Shown here: in pieces, positions 8,895 through 21,740 of the stretch | Position numbering within the stretch: position 1 is the first letter of the stretch | How the letters are laid out: every line of letters begins with the position of its first letter | From: Candidatus Latescibacterota bacterium | GTDB lineage: Bacteria; Latescibacterota; UBA2968 | Reading direction: 5' to 3' | Length of the DNA stretch: 64,000 nucleotides | Assembly: GCA_965204745.1 (NCBI GenBank) | Contig: OZ242010.1 | Coordinates: 3,659,767 to 3,723,766, forward strand | Translations under genes and position numbers: made by a program | Notes under the pieces: model-generated | The model's input: only the letters and a program-made list of their open reading frames with translations | Told to the model about the DNA's origin: nothing | The model's database searches: none

Positions 8895-10283
8895 TCAATA
8901 CCCCTTTGCCAGGTCCGCTCGGCTTTGGGCTTCGGCGGCTTCGGGGTCGCGTCTCAATTCTTTGGTCAAGAGGGCGTGTAGGTGTGCGATGCGCTCTGCC
9001 TGCGCGGGGTCCGCGGCGAGGTTGTCGAACTCCCCCGGATCAGCTGCGAGATGGTACAGTTCGCGTTCCGGGCCGTGGTCCGCGTCGAAGCGCGTGTGGT
9101 ACACGTATTTCCATGGCCCTTGCCGGATCATCGCCATGCCCGACGCGATGTTGTGACCGTAGTATTCGCTGATGGCAATGTCGCGCCAACCGCTGGTCTC
9201 GTCGTCCAAATAATTGAGCAGGGACGCGCCATCCCAATCGTCTGAGGATTCCGCGCCGCCGATCTCGGCGATAGTTCGCGCCAGATCGACCAGTGAACAC
9301 GTGCCTGCCCGTCGTTGTCCGCCGGCCCAGCGTTTTGGGTAGGATGCGATGAGGGGCATCCGCGCTGCGTGTTCGTACAGGTTGTTTTTCCACCACAAGC
9401 CGTGGTCGCCCTTGTTCTCGCCGTGGTCCGAGCAGTAAATGACGATGGTGTCGTCCGATACGGCTGATTCGCCGAGCGCGTCGAGCAACTTGCCGATCTC
9501 GTCGTCCAACCAGTTCACAAAGCCCCAGTAGAGTTCGCGGCCCAATTTCGTCTGCGCGGCCGTGGCCTTTGTCACCCCAAATCCGGCCCGCAGATGTTTG
9601 TAATTGGTCGGCAAGGTGTCCAAGAACCCGTCGGGGATCTCGGGCATGGGCACTTTGTCTTTGTAGGGCGCGTGATACGCCTCGGGGATGGTCAAGGGAA
9701 AGTGCGGCGCGAGGTAGCCAGCCAGCAAGAAGAAGGGTTTGTCATCGGCGTTGCGATTTCGCAAAAACGCGCTGCACTCCGCCGTTACTTTGCGATCTTT
9801 TTCCAGGATGGGCGACGTATCGCCGGTTTTGAACGCGGCTACCCGGCCTTCCCAACCGCGACTCGATTCCGACAGGTCGTCGTACGCCCGCCGCCCGCCC
9901 TTGCCGGATTTTTGCCCTTGGTTCGCGCCGGGATACACATCCCGAAAACCATAGCGGTGCGCGCTGGCAAAGTGCATTTTGCCGCCGAGCCAGCATTCGT
10001 AGCCGGCCGCGTTCAAGGCGTGGGGCAACGAGGGATACTCGTCTGTGGGCAGTTGGCAATCATTCGTCCACACCCCGCACCGGCTCACGTATTGCGCTGC
10101 TGTGAAACTCGCCCGCGCAGGCGCGCAAAGCGGCGAACTCGTGTACGCCGCGTCAAAGACGATGCCCCTTTCTGCCAACCCATCCAAATGCGGCGTTCGC
10201 ACAATGGGATCGCCATAACACCCCATCACCCCCGGGTCGTGTTCATCGGACATGATCATCAAAATATTCGGTCGGTCAGCCAT
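8895..10283 (-). CDS. Sulfatase family protein
   Basis: SPLCAPARASF (C-x-P/A-x-R). N-terminus MADRPNILMIMSDEHD without a signal peptide. AAGGAGA RBS before ATG 10283; the longer track ORF is rejected. Confidence 0.8.
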   Translation of the reverse strand: MADRPNILMIMSDEHDPGVMGCYGDPIVRTPHLDGLAERGIVFDAAYTSSPLCAPARASFTAAQYVSRCGVWTNDCQLPTDEYPSLPHALNAAGYECWLGGKMHFASAHRYGFRDVYPGANQGQKSGKGGRRAYDDLSESSRGWEGRVAAFKTGDTSPILEKDRKVTAECSAFLRNRNADDKPFFLLAGYLAPHFPLTIPEAYHAPYKDKVPMPEIPDGFLDTLPTNYKHLRAGFGVTKATAAQTKLGRELYWGFVNWLDDEIGKLLDALGESAVSDDTIVIYCSDHGENKGDHGLWWKNNLYEHAARMPLIASYPKRWAGGQRRAGTCSLVDLARTIAEIGGAESSDDWDGASLLNYLDDETSGWRDIAISEYYGHNIASGMAMIRQGPWKYVYHTRFDADHGPERELYHLAADPGEFDNLAADPAQAERIAHLHALLTKELRRDPEAAEAQSRADLAKGY

Positions 10284-10300
10284 GAAATTCTCCTTTCCAT

Positions 10301-10990
10301 TCAGCCGCGTCCATCCGCGGCGTCTGCGATGTAGGTCAAATAGGCGCTGTGCCCGTGCGATACGGGACATGAGATGGGCAAATGCCCGAGGTGTTTTTTG
10401 AGGGTTTTGAGGCGGCCTTTGACCGTGGTCACGCAAAGCGCGATATTTTTATCCCGATTTAAAAATGAAAAATCGTGCAAAAAAATATCCACCCGAGCGG
10501 CCAGTCGGGCCGCGATGAGCGCGTGCCCAATGCGGGTTGCTTCCGATTCAGAGGGCATGGGAATGACCAGGATATGGGGCGCGGATCGCAACGTAGGGGG
10601 AACCGAGATGCCGAGTTCGGTTTTGCCAGTGTTGCGTGCGTCGCAAATTTTTTGCACCACTGCATGGACCAAGAATATTGCGAGGCACAGGATCAGGCCC
10701 ATACCCACATGCTTCATCAACCCGCTGTAAAACGCGCTCTGTTGGGGATCCTCGGCGTGGAAGAACGCATTCTGAAAATGTTCGGGCGATTCCGCGACCA
10801 ATTTTCGGGCGATAACGCGCACTTGTGCGTTCGCCGCAGGGGGCAATGGCGAGACGCGCTCAAAGCCATACAGGGTGCGGATCATCTCTCTCGCGACGCG
10901 CAGGGCCTGTTCCTCCCGCGCAGGGGCCACGGCCCATGCGGTAGCGACCGCGCAAAACCCAACGAGTATGATGGTGCAGATTTTCAACAT
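10301..10990 (-). CDS. Hypothetical signal-peptide/membrane protein
   Basis: MLKICTIILVGFCAVATAWA signal-like N-terminus and an internal TM helix GMGLILCLAIFLVHAVV. No family recognised. The upstream part of the track ORF runs through repeat DNA. Confidence 0.35.
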   Translation of the reverse strand: MLKICTIILVGFCAVATAWAVAPAREEQALRVAREMIRTLYGFERVSPLPPAANAQVRVIARKLVAESPEHFQNAFFHAEDPQQSAFYSGLMKHVGMGLILCLAIFLVHAVVQKICDARNTGKTELGISVPPTLRSAPHILVIPMPSESEATRIGHALIAARLAARVDIFLHDFSFLNRDKNIALCVTTVKGRLKTLKKHLGHLPISCPVSHGHSAYLTYIADAADGRG

Positions 10991-11349
10991 TTTATCGGTC
11001 ACTCCGATCAACGGCCGAGCACGGGGGCATGGAAAAAAAAGGTGAGAGGTGAGAGGCAAGACGGGAGAAGACCTACACTCACTGCTCGCCTTTGGACTGG
11101 CTGTCGCTAGTTGTACCCCGCTCGTGGCTAAACTTGCCTCTTGCCTCTTGCCTCTTGCCTTTTTAGGCGAGCACGGGGCGTCGCCCCTACACATATCGCT
11201 CACCTTTGAACTGGCTATCGCCAGTTGTACCCCGCTCGTGCCTTTTGCGCCTTTTGTGGCTAATCGCCTTTTGTGGCTCACTTCAGGTTGGGTGGGCGGG
11301 TGTGGACTGACCACTGACTACTGACCACTGACTACTGCCTCTTCCCTTT

Positions 11350-14464
<3,115 letters not shown>

Positions 14465-14488
14465 GTCAGTAGTCAGTAGTCAGTAGTC

Positions 14489-14719
14489 AATGCGAATTAA
14501 GAGTAGAAAACGAGTAAGAAGCAAGCCGCGGCCAATCGCCCAAAGACCTCAACGAGTCATCCATTATAGAATCGCCCCTTAGAACTTGTCTGAAAACAAA
14601 CGATGCCCTCTCCTCCGGCTCCTCCCCGCAACGCAGAGACGTTATTCCCCCCTTCCTCGCAGGCACAGGCGTAGCCTACAACGAAGCGTAGCGAGTAACG
14701 GGGGTTAGGGGGGTAGGTC
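14489..14719. mobile_element. Truncated copy of MITE family B (TIR aatgcgaattaagag), next to a (CAGTAGT)x3 array
   Basis: Collinear with the reverse complement of 29781-30054 and with 18942-19269. Only the left TIR is present; the hairpin module A forms the right end. Confidence 0.5.
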
Positions 14720-14721
14720 AC

Positions 14722-15186
14722 TCATTTTTTTCGCTCGTAATATACCACCGTGAATTGATCGTGCGTCTCTTTTTGCGTTATGACCCATTCCCGTTCATCG
14801 AACTCGGGAAAGTATGCGTCGCCTTCGTACTCCGCGTGGATGTACGACAAAATCATGCGGTCGGCTTTTGGGAGGGTTGCGCGGTAGATTTCACCGCCCC
14901 CGCAGATGAATACCTCCCTGCCGTAAGACTCGGCTTTTTGGATCGCTTCTTTGAGGGACCGGCAAACGTCCACATCTTTTGCTTCGGGCATGGATCGGCT
15001 CACAATCACATGCGGGCGGCCCGGCAGGGGTTTGCTCCCGATAGATCGATAGGTCCTTCGCCCCATCAAAATAACGTGCCCGCTCGTCGTGCGCCGAAAG
15101 TGCTGCGACTCTGCCGATATATGCCAGGGCATTTTGTTGTCTTTCCCAATCACGCGGTTTTTGTCCATAGCTGCGATGATGGTCAT
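14722..15186 (-). CDS. folA: Dihydrofolate reductase
   Basis: MTIIAAMDKNRVIGKDNKMPW...ILMGRRTY typical of DHFR. Confidence 0.85.
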   Translation of the reverse strand: MTIIAAMDKNRVIGKDNKMPWHISAESQHFRRTTSGHVILMGRRTYRSIGSKPLPGRPHVIVSRSMPEAKDVDVCRSLKEAIQKAESYGREVFICGGGEIYRATLPKADRMILSYIHAEYEGDAYFPEFDEREWVITQKETHDQFTVVYYERKK

Positions 15187-15342
15187 GGCGTTTCCTTAGC
15201 TACGATGATGGTCATGGCGTTTCCTCTGAACTGGCTGTCGCCAGTTGTACCCCGCTCGTGCCTTTTGTGGTATCGAAGAACAATTCGGTATTACGCCTAT
15301 CAGTCCGCAGAATTTTCTTTTTATCGTTAAGGAGCGAGAACG

Positions 15343-15579
15343 ATGAGCGCGCTTACTGTTCGTTTGCCAAATTCCCTGCATGTGAAAATTAAAGAACTGG
15401 CTCAGGCCGAAGGGTTGTCGATCAATCAGTTTATAGTGACTGCTGCTGCTGAAAAAATGGCGGCCCTGCTCTCGGAAGACTATCTGGATCACGAGGCAAA
15501 ACGCGGTCACCGTGCAGATTTTGAAAAAGTCTTAAAAGCCGTCCCGCACATTGAGCCAGAAGAACACGACCAGCTTTGA
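15343..15579 (+). CDS. HicB-family (RHH-type) antitoxin-like protein, apparently orphan
   Basis: 78 aa, MSALTVRLPNSLHVKIKELAQAEGLSINQFIVTAAAEKMAAL matches the short HicB-like antitoxin family. AAGGAG RBS. Lies in an AT-richer ~400-bp islet with no hicA on either side. Confidence 0.6.
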   Translation: MSALTVRLPNSLHVKIKELAQAEGLSINQFIVTAAAEKMAALLSEDYLDHEAKRGHRADFEKVLKAVPHIEPEEHDQL

Positions 15580-15695
15580 AGTAGCAAACCGGCGGAATCG
15601 GGATGAGCAGAGGGAGGAAGCACCCCTACGATTGCCGTTGTTTAATCCCGTTCATTCTTTTTTTTCGTATAACGGTGTACAACTTCGACAGGAGT

Positions 15696-17045
15696 TTATC
15701 CCGATCCGCCCTTCGCCTCTGCAATCTCGAGCAGGGCATTGGTTTTGACGACATGCCCGATCAAATCGTGCTCGGTGGCGTCGGTGATCTCGACGTCGAC
15801 GAAATCGCCGATTTGGGCGGGGCCGGTGAAGAACACGCCGCCGTCGATCTCGGGCGCGTCCATGCGCGTGCGGCCCACATAGTGATATGCCGGATCGTCC
15901 GACACCTCGTCCACCAACACCTTGAACGTGCGCCCAATGTGCGCGGCGTTCAAGTCGCCTGAGATGCACGCCTGCAATGCCATGATGTCGTTTAGCCGCT
16001 CGCGCTTGACTTCATCGGGCACGTCATCGGTCAAGTGACTCGCCCGCGTGCCATCCTCGTGCGAATAGGTGAACCCCACGAGGCGATTGAATTGCATTTC
16101 ATCGACAAAATCCATCAATTCCGCGACGTGTTCATCGCGCTCCCCCGGAAATCCCGCGATGATCGACGACCGAAGCGTCAAATTCGGGATGCGAGCGCGC
16201 AAGGCGTGGATCAACTTGCGGATGCCCGCTTGCGTGGTGCTGCGGTTCATCGCCTTCAAAATGGGGTCGGATGCGTGCTGAATGGGCAAGTCGATGTACC
16301 CGCACAATTTCTCTTCCCTCGCCAACAGGTCGATCAACTCATCGCGCCAACCCGTTGGATACGCGTACAGCAGGCGCACCCAATCGAGGCCATCGATCTC
16401 GACCAACGCCTTCAGCAAATCCGTCAATCGGGGCTTGCCGTACACATCCGCGCCATAGCGCATGGTATCCTGCGCGACGAGGGCGATTTCGCGCACCCCT
16501 TGTGCCACCAAGCGATGGGCTTCGGCCACCAAGCGATAGAGGTCTTCGCTCTCGTTCTGCCCGCGAAAACTGGGAATGGCGCAAAACGCACACGCCCGGT
16601 CGCAGCCATCCGAGATCCGCAAATACGCCCAGTGCTTCGGGGTGAGCAAGTGCCGGGACTCCGCGTCTCGAATCGTCTGAATGCGCGACGTGCCCAGCAA
16701 GTGATCGCAATGCGCCACGATGTCGCGCTCTCCCGCAAGGCCCACGATCATGTCCGCCTCCACGAGTTCGGCTTCCAATTCCGTGCGGTATCGCTCGGCC
16801 AAACAACCGGTGACGATCACCCCGCGGCACCTGCCCTCGTCCTTGTACTCGGCGGCGTCCATCACTGCGGCAATGGATTCTTCCTTAGCCGAGTCGATGA
16901 ACCCGCAGGTATTGACGACAATGACATCGGCGTCTTCGGCATCGTCCGACAGGTCGTACCCATTCAGCGCGAGGAGGCGGTGCATGCGCTCGGAATCCAC
17001 CGTGTTTTTCGGACAGCCCAGGGTGATGAGGTTAATCGTCGGCAT
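15696..17045 (-). CDS. rimO: Ribosomal protein S12 methylthiotransferase
   Basis: Radical-SAM CAFCAIP motif, an N-terminal MTTase domain (INLITLGCPKN) and a C-terminal TRAM domain. Confidence 0.85.
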   Translation of the reverse strand: MPTINLITLGCPKNTVDSERMHRLLALNGYDLSDDAEDADVIVVNTCGFIDSAKEESIAAVMDAAEYKDEGRCRGVIVTGCLAERYRTELEAELVEADMIVGLAGERDIVAHCDHLLGTSRIQTIRDAESRHLLTPKHWAYLRISDGCDRACAFCAIPSFRGQNESEDLYRLVAEAHRLVAQGVREIALVAQDTMRYGADVYGKPRLTDLLKALVEIDGLDWVRLLYAYPTGWRDELIDLLAREEKLCGYIDLPIQHASDPILKAMNRSTTQAGIRKLIHALRARIPNLTLRSSIIAGFPGERDEHVAELMDFVDEMQFNRLVGFTYSHEDGTRASHLTDDVPDEVKRERLNDIMALQACISGDLNAAHIGRTFKVLVDEVSDDPAYHYVGRTRMDAPEIDGGVFFTGPAQIGDFVDVEITDATEHDLIGHVVKTNALLEIAEAKGGSG

Positions 17046-17059
17046 AAAAACCACCTGTG

Positions 17060-17953
17060 TTATGCGGAAACGCCCAATTGCGAACCGGCGTGGACATGGA
17101 CTTCAATGCCCGCCTGCGCGTTGCGGATCAAATCCTCGTCAAAGACAATGCGCCCGGGTTCAAACAGGAGCACCAGCGTGGATCCACCGAATTGAAAATA
17201 GCCCTTTTCCGCGCCGCGTGCAACCCGGCCCGTGCGATATGTTTGGACGATGCGCCCCACGGCCCAGCCCGCGATTTCCATGATCATCACGCGGCCAAAG
17301 TCCGCGGTTTCGAGGTACGTAACCGCGCGCTTGTTGTGGGCGAACAAATCCGGTTTGACGTCGAGCAAGATGGGGTTGACGAGATAGTAGCGCCCGGCAA
17401 TTTCAGTCGGCGGCGTTGCGATGCCATCCACCGGAAAGTGAAAGCGATGATAATCTGCCGGCGCGAGTCGAATCACCAGCGCGGCGCCATTGCAATACGG
17501 CGTTGCCGCTGTTTGCGATGCCAAGAGCTGGGCGATATCCACATGCGCGCCTTTGACCGGCAACCGGGTTTGTTCGCAGAGCTCGGGATAGACCAGCGCC
17601 TTGCCATCCGCGGGCGAGCAGAAAACGCGCAGATCGGAGACAAAGGGGCGGGCGCCGGGTTTGAGTTTGCGCGCGAAAAACGCATTCAAATTTTTGTATC
17701 GCGCGATGGGCTGTTCGACTTCGTCGAGGTCGATGTCGTATTTCTCGACAAAGGCGGGGATTTTCTTCCGCGATCCCGCCCAATCCATCCCCTTGCCAAG
17801 CAACCAGCAAAACCAATGCGTGTTGAGGATCATATCGCCGATCCACATCGCCACGCGAGACCGCGCAAGGGCATCTTGCACTTTGGGCAAAATCAACGCC
17901 TCGGAAATCATCTCACCGGTCACACGGTCGCGGTAGATCACTTGCTCGGTCAT
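17060..17953 (-). CDS. psd: Phosphatidylserine decarboxylase
   Basis: FGGST pyruvoyl-forming cleavage motif near the C-terminus (FQFGGSTLVLLF). Confidence 0.85.
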   Translation of the reverse strand: MTEQVIYRDRVTGEMISEALILPKVQDALARSRVAMWIGDMILNTHWFCWLLGKGMDWAGSRKKIPAFVEKYDIDLDEVEQPIARYKNLNAFFARKLKPGARPFVSDLRVFCSPADGKALVYPELCEQTRLPVKGAHVDIAQLLASQTAATPYCNGAALVIRLAPADYHRFHFPVDGIATPPTEIAGRYYLVNPILLDVKPDLFAHNKRAVTYLETADFGRVMIMEIAGWAVGRIVQTYRTGRVARGAEKGYFQFGGSTLVLLFEPGRIVFDEDLIRNAQAGIEVHVHAGSQLGVSA

Positions 17954-17978
17954 GGGATGTCCTTATTCGGCCCCCTCC

Positions 17979-18629
17979 TCAAGACGGGGGGTAGATCACG
18001 GGCCAAAACGATTCTGGTTCGGCTTCAAATGTCATGCGTGTTTTTTTTGTCGGATGCGTCACGCGGATGGCTTGGGCGTGGAGGCCGATGGCGCGGTTGG
18101 GGAATGGCTTGCGCGATCCGTACTTGAAATCGCCCACTATCGGATGCCCGATATGCGCGAACTGCACGCGAATTTGATGATGGCGGCCCGTGGCGAGGTT
18201 CACGCGGATGCAGGAGATGCCATGGCGATAGGCCAACCGCTCAAACGAGAGTTCTGCGCGTTGTCCCGCGTGCGATACGATGCGGCTCTTGGTCTGTCGC
18301 CGCGCAATGTGATGCACCAGCCGCCCGGTCTTGACAACTTTGCCCTCCACCAGTGCTATGTAGTGTTTTTCCACGGTTCGCCTGCGGAACTGATCCGACA
18401 AGCGACGCGCGGCAACCGAGGTGCGCGCAAAAACCACCACGCCAGAGACGGGCCGATCCAAGCGATGGACCAAGCCGAGAAACACATTGCCGGGCTTGCC
18501 GAATGCGACCTTGAGATAGGCTTTGCCCATGTCGAGCAAATTTTCATCCGCCGTGTGATCGCCCTGGATGAGCAACCCAGCGGGTTTTCGCACGACCAGC
18601 AGATGATTGTCAAGGTAGAAAATGTCCAT
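17979..18629 (-). CDS. RluA-family pseudouridine synthase
   Basis: HRLDRPVSG catalytic Asp motif. Confidence 0.8.
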   Translation of the reverse strand: MDIFYLDNHLLVVRKPAGLLIQGDHTADENLLDMGKAYLKVAFGKPGNVFLGLVHRLDRPVSGVVVFARTSVAARRLSDQFRRRTVEKHYIALVEGKVVKTGRLVHHIARRQTKSRIVSHAGQRAELSFERLAYRHGISCIRVNLATGRHHQIRVQFAHIGHPIVGDFKYGSRKPFPNRAIGLHAQAIRVTHPTKKTRMTFEAEPESFWPVIYPPS

Positions 18630-18730
18630 GGCAACTGCAATTTACACGCGCAATGCCCAAAGCGCAACCACCGCGCCCATTTTCAGATTGACCACGAGTT
18701 GCGAAGGCGGTATAAATGACAAAAAGCAAC

Positions 18731-18846
18731 ATGAAAGGCGTGAGACGTGAGACGTGAGACGTGAGATGAAAGGCGTGAGACGTGAGATGAAAGGCGTGAG
18801 ACGTGAGACGTGAGACGTGAAATGAAAGGCGTGAGACGTGAGATGA
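18731..18846. repeat. Tandem array of GTGAGAC heptamers interleaved with the 14-mer gtgagatgaaaggc
   Basis: gtgagacgtgagacgtgagacgtgagatgaaaggcgtgagacgtgagatgaaaggc... The minus-strand ORFs here (SRLTPFISRLT...) are translation artefacts of the repeat. Confidence 0.85.
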
Positions 18847-18941
18847 CCATCATCATTCCGGCGTAGGCAGGCACGCGCAAGCACAACGCAAGTAATCCAG
18901 TGACTTTCCGGCGGTTGGGCGGGGACTGACAACTGACAATG

Positions 18942-19269
18942 CGAATAAAGCGTTGCATCCATTTATTGGGACCTACCCCCCTGGCCCCCCTTCCTCACAG
19001 AAAGGGGGGAATGGCGAGAGGTTGTGCGAGGGGTTTGGGTTTCTAGGGCGTGATCTATTCGCTCAAAGCCATCAGAACAGCTAGGGAGACAAACCTTCAA
19101 AAAGCCATGCGCTCCCCCTTTCCTTGTAGGAAAGGGGGCCGGGGGGATAGGTCCTACGAGAAAGGGGAAGAACATCTCTCGTTGCGGAGATGCGCCGGAT
19201 GACTCGTCCATGTCTTTGGGCGATTGGTCTCGGCTTGCTTCCTACTCGCTTTCTACTCTTTATTCGCAT
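18942..19269. mobile_element. MITE family B copy (TIRs aatgcgaataaag / ctttattcgcatt), embedded between CTGACAA arrays
   Basis: Both TIRs are present. The interior holds hairpin modules (ccccccttcctcacagaaagggggg; cccctttccttgtaggaaaggggg) shared with 29781-30054. Confidence 0.55.
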
Positions 19270-19312
19270 TGACAACTGACCACTGACAACTACCTTCCCA
19301 AAGAAACTCCCC

Positions 19313-20761
19313 ATGAAAAAACTCATCCTCCTCATCCTCCTCATCCTCCTCACCAGCGCGCCGCTTCGGGCTGATGAAGTCCAGCGCCAAACTGCTGTGA
19401 ACGCGATGGTGAAGGCCACGCGCTATTTTCGCACGCATGTCGCCACAAATGGCGGGTACTTGTGGCGGTACAAAACCGACTTCTCCCTGCGCGAGGGCGA
19501 AGGTACGGCGTCTGCCACTACGATTTGGGTGCAACCCCCCGGCACGCCTTCGGTGGGCATGGCCTTGCTCGCGGCGTATGAAGCCACGCGCGATACCCTG
19601 TTTCTCAATGGCGCGGTGGATGCGGCGCACGCGCTCGCTTGGGGGCAACTCGCGTCGGGCGGTTGGGATTATCGCATCGAGTTTGACGCGGGCCAAAGCA
19701 ACCGCTGGCACTATCGCCGGGATCTTGAGCGGGGCGATATACAGACAGATGACCGCCGCAATCGCACCACGTTAGACGACAACACCACGCAAAGCGCGTT
19801 GCAACTGCTGATGCGCGTCGACAAAACACTCGGGTTCGAGGATGCGAAAATCCACAGGGTCGTGCAATTTGGCCTCGACGCCCTGCTCAAAGCGCAGTAT
19901 CCAAATGGCGCGTGGCCGCAGCGGTTTGAAGCGTTTCCGGATCCGGAAAAGTTTCCAATCAAAAAAGCGCGTTACCCCAAAACCTGGCCGCGAACCCATC
20001 CGGATACGCGCTATGTGGATTATTACACGTTCAACGACAATGCGATTGCCGACGTGATTGAGACGATGATCGAAGCCCACGCGATTTACGGCGATGCGCG
20101 CTATTTGGACGCGGCCATACGCGGAGGTGATTTCATGTTGCTCGCGCAGATGCCCGCGCCACAACCCGCGTGGGCGCAACAGTACAATCTGGACATGGAG
20201 CCGACTTGGGCGCGGCGATTTGAACCGCCGGCCATCACCGGGTGCGAGAGTTTTGGGGTTATGCAAACGCTGTTGGACTTGTACATTCAAACTGGGATGC
20301 AACGCTTTCTCGATCCCATTCCCCCCGCGCTCGATTGGGCCAAACGCTCGCGCTTGGCCGATGGGCGCATAGCCCGTTTTTACGAACTCCAGACCAATCG
20401 CCCCCTGTATTTTACCCGCGATTACGCGCTCACGTACAGCGACGCGGACCTGCCCACGCATTACGCATTCAAGGTGGGTGGCAGCCGGCTCGAGCGGACC
20501 GAGAACTTGTACCAGCGCGTCAAAGCAGAAGGCAGGGAAACGCTATTGGCAGAACGCGGCCGCGTCTCGGCGCCAAGTGTCGAACAAGTACGACAAATCA
20601 TCGCCGCACTCGACGACCAAAACCGCTGGGTGGAACGCGGCTCCTTGCGAAATCCACACAATCGGCGGGAACGCATCGCCGCAGAAATTCTCTCGTGCCG
20701 CACGTTCAACCGCAATCTCGAAGTGCTGGCGCGCTATGTCAAAGGACGAACAGACGAATAG
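19313..20761 (+). CDS. Secreted (alpha/alpha)6-toroid protein, PL10-like pectate-lyase family candidate
   Basis: Signal peptide MKKLILLILLILLTSAPLRA. HVATNGGYLWRY... motif as in PelA/PL10-like proteins. The family assignment is from memory only. Confidence 0.45.
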   Translation: MKKLILLILLILLTSAPLRADEVQRQTAVNAMVKATRYFRTHVATNGGYLWRYKTDFSLREGEGTASATTIWVQPPGTPSVGMALLAAYEATRDTLFLNGAVDAAHALAWGQLASGGWDYRIEFDAGQSNRWHYRRDLERGDIQTDDRRNRTTLDDNTTQSALQLLMRVDKTLGFEDAKIHRVVQFGLDALLKAQYPNGAWPQRFEAFPDPEKFPIKKARYPKTWPRTHPDTRYVDYYTFNDNAIADVIETMIEAHAIYGDARYLDAAIRGGDFMLLAQMPAPQPAWAQQYNLDMEPTWARRFEPPAITGCESFGVMQTLLDLYIQTGMQRFLDPIPPALDWAKRSRLADGRIARFYELQTNRPLYFTRDYALTYSDADLPTHYAFKVGGSRLERTENLYQRVKAEGRETLLAERGRVSAPSVEQVRQIIAALDDQNRWVERGSLRNPHNRRERIAAEILSCRTFNRNLEVLARYVKGRTDE

Positions 20762-20780
20762 ACGAATCTGTGTCTTTGAA

Positions 20781-21242
20781 CTAGGTCGTGTTGACATTTT
20801 ATTTTTTTAGGTCACGCACAGATTAGCAAATGTGTTGCTTGCTCATTTAATGCGTTTCCTTTGATGGCTTCTATCTCTGGTTGCTCTGATGGCGGTGCGC
20901 GTGGGGACTATCCCCCGGCCCCTTTCCTACGAGGAAAGGGGAGTAAAGTGCCTTTGATGGCTTCTCGCTCTGGGTTGCTCTGATGGCGGTGCGCGAGGGC
21001 ATAAAGCGATTAAATATCCCTCATCAATCCCCTCGCAAAACCGCTCACAGTTCCCCCTTCCTCACAGGCACAGGCGTAGCCTACAACGAAGCGAAGCGAG
21101 TAACGGGGGTTAGGGGGGTAGGTCCCGATAAGGAGCGACTGTTCCAGTTTCTCAAATCGAGAGCATATCCTGAGATAGGGCTTGATTTTCTCGATAAACC
21201 GCTCAAGCCGGTGCATGGCTCGTAAATGTCAACATAACCTAG
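20781..21242. mobile_element. MITE family A copy (~460 bp) with 19-bp terminal inverted repeats ctaggtYRtgttgacattt
   Basis: Left end ctaggtcgtgttgacattt (20781-20799); right end the reverse complement of ctaggttatgttgacattt (21224-21242). The interior contains hairpin modules A/B. The 80-aa ORF 20983..21225 is probably not coding. Confidence 0.55.
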
Positions 21243-21336
21243 TCAGCCCCCACACGACAACCCCGAACCCGATGCAATTTGATGAGCGGCTATGGCGATT
21301 GTACTCCGCTCCGTTGATTCGTAAATAGGAGAAACT

Positions 21337-21729
21337 ATGCCCCGCCTCTATTTCGCGGCACTTTTCAGCCTGTTGATGGCGTGTCAGGATCCGCCAGCGC
21401 AAAAAGCCGAACCGCCTCAACGCCCGCAATTCACTGCGGCAGAGCTCGAAAAGGGTCAGGCCCTATACACAAAATACGGGTGTGCGGTTTGCCACGGGCG
21501 CAATGGCCGCGGCAATGGGCAGATCGCGCGCACGCTCAACCCCAGGCCCCGCGACTTTCACGATCCCACGGTGTACAAATACGGTCGCTCGGTCGAGGCT
21601 GTTTCGCGCACCATCCTCAACGGCGCGCTCAATGAACGGGGCATGGGCATGCCGGGCTATCCCCAAATCCCAGAAGAAGAACGCAGGGCTATCGCCGCGT
21701 TTATCGTCTCCCTCCAGGGTCAGGATTAA
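21337..21729 (+). CDS. Class I c-type cytochrome lipoprotein
   Basis: Lipobox LLMAC. Single CAVCH haem-binding motif. Confidence 0.75.
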   Translation: MPRLYFAALFSLLMACQDPPAQKAEPPQRPQFTAAELEKGQALYTKYGCAVCHGRNGRGNGQIARTLNPRPRDFHDPTVYKYGRSVEAVSRTILNGALNERGMGMPGYPQIPEEERRAIAAFIVSLQGQD

Positions 21730-21740
21730 AGGATTTTTAG

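Noticed and set aside
18642-18962. Minus-strand ORFs with SRLTPFISRLTSHVSRLS repeats
   Set aside because: Direct translation of the GTGAGAC tandem array; not a gene.
20983-21225. 80-aa ORF inside MITE family A
   Set aside because: Lies wholly within a TIR-bounded non-autonomous element made of hairpin modules. No RBS. The homologous copy at 61472-61762 lacks it.
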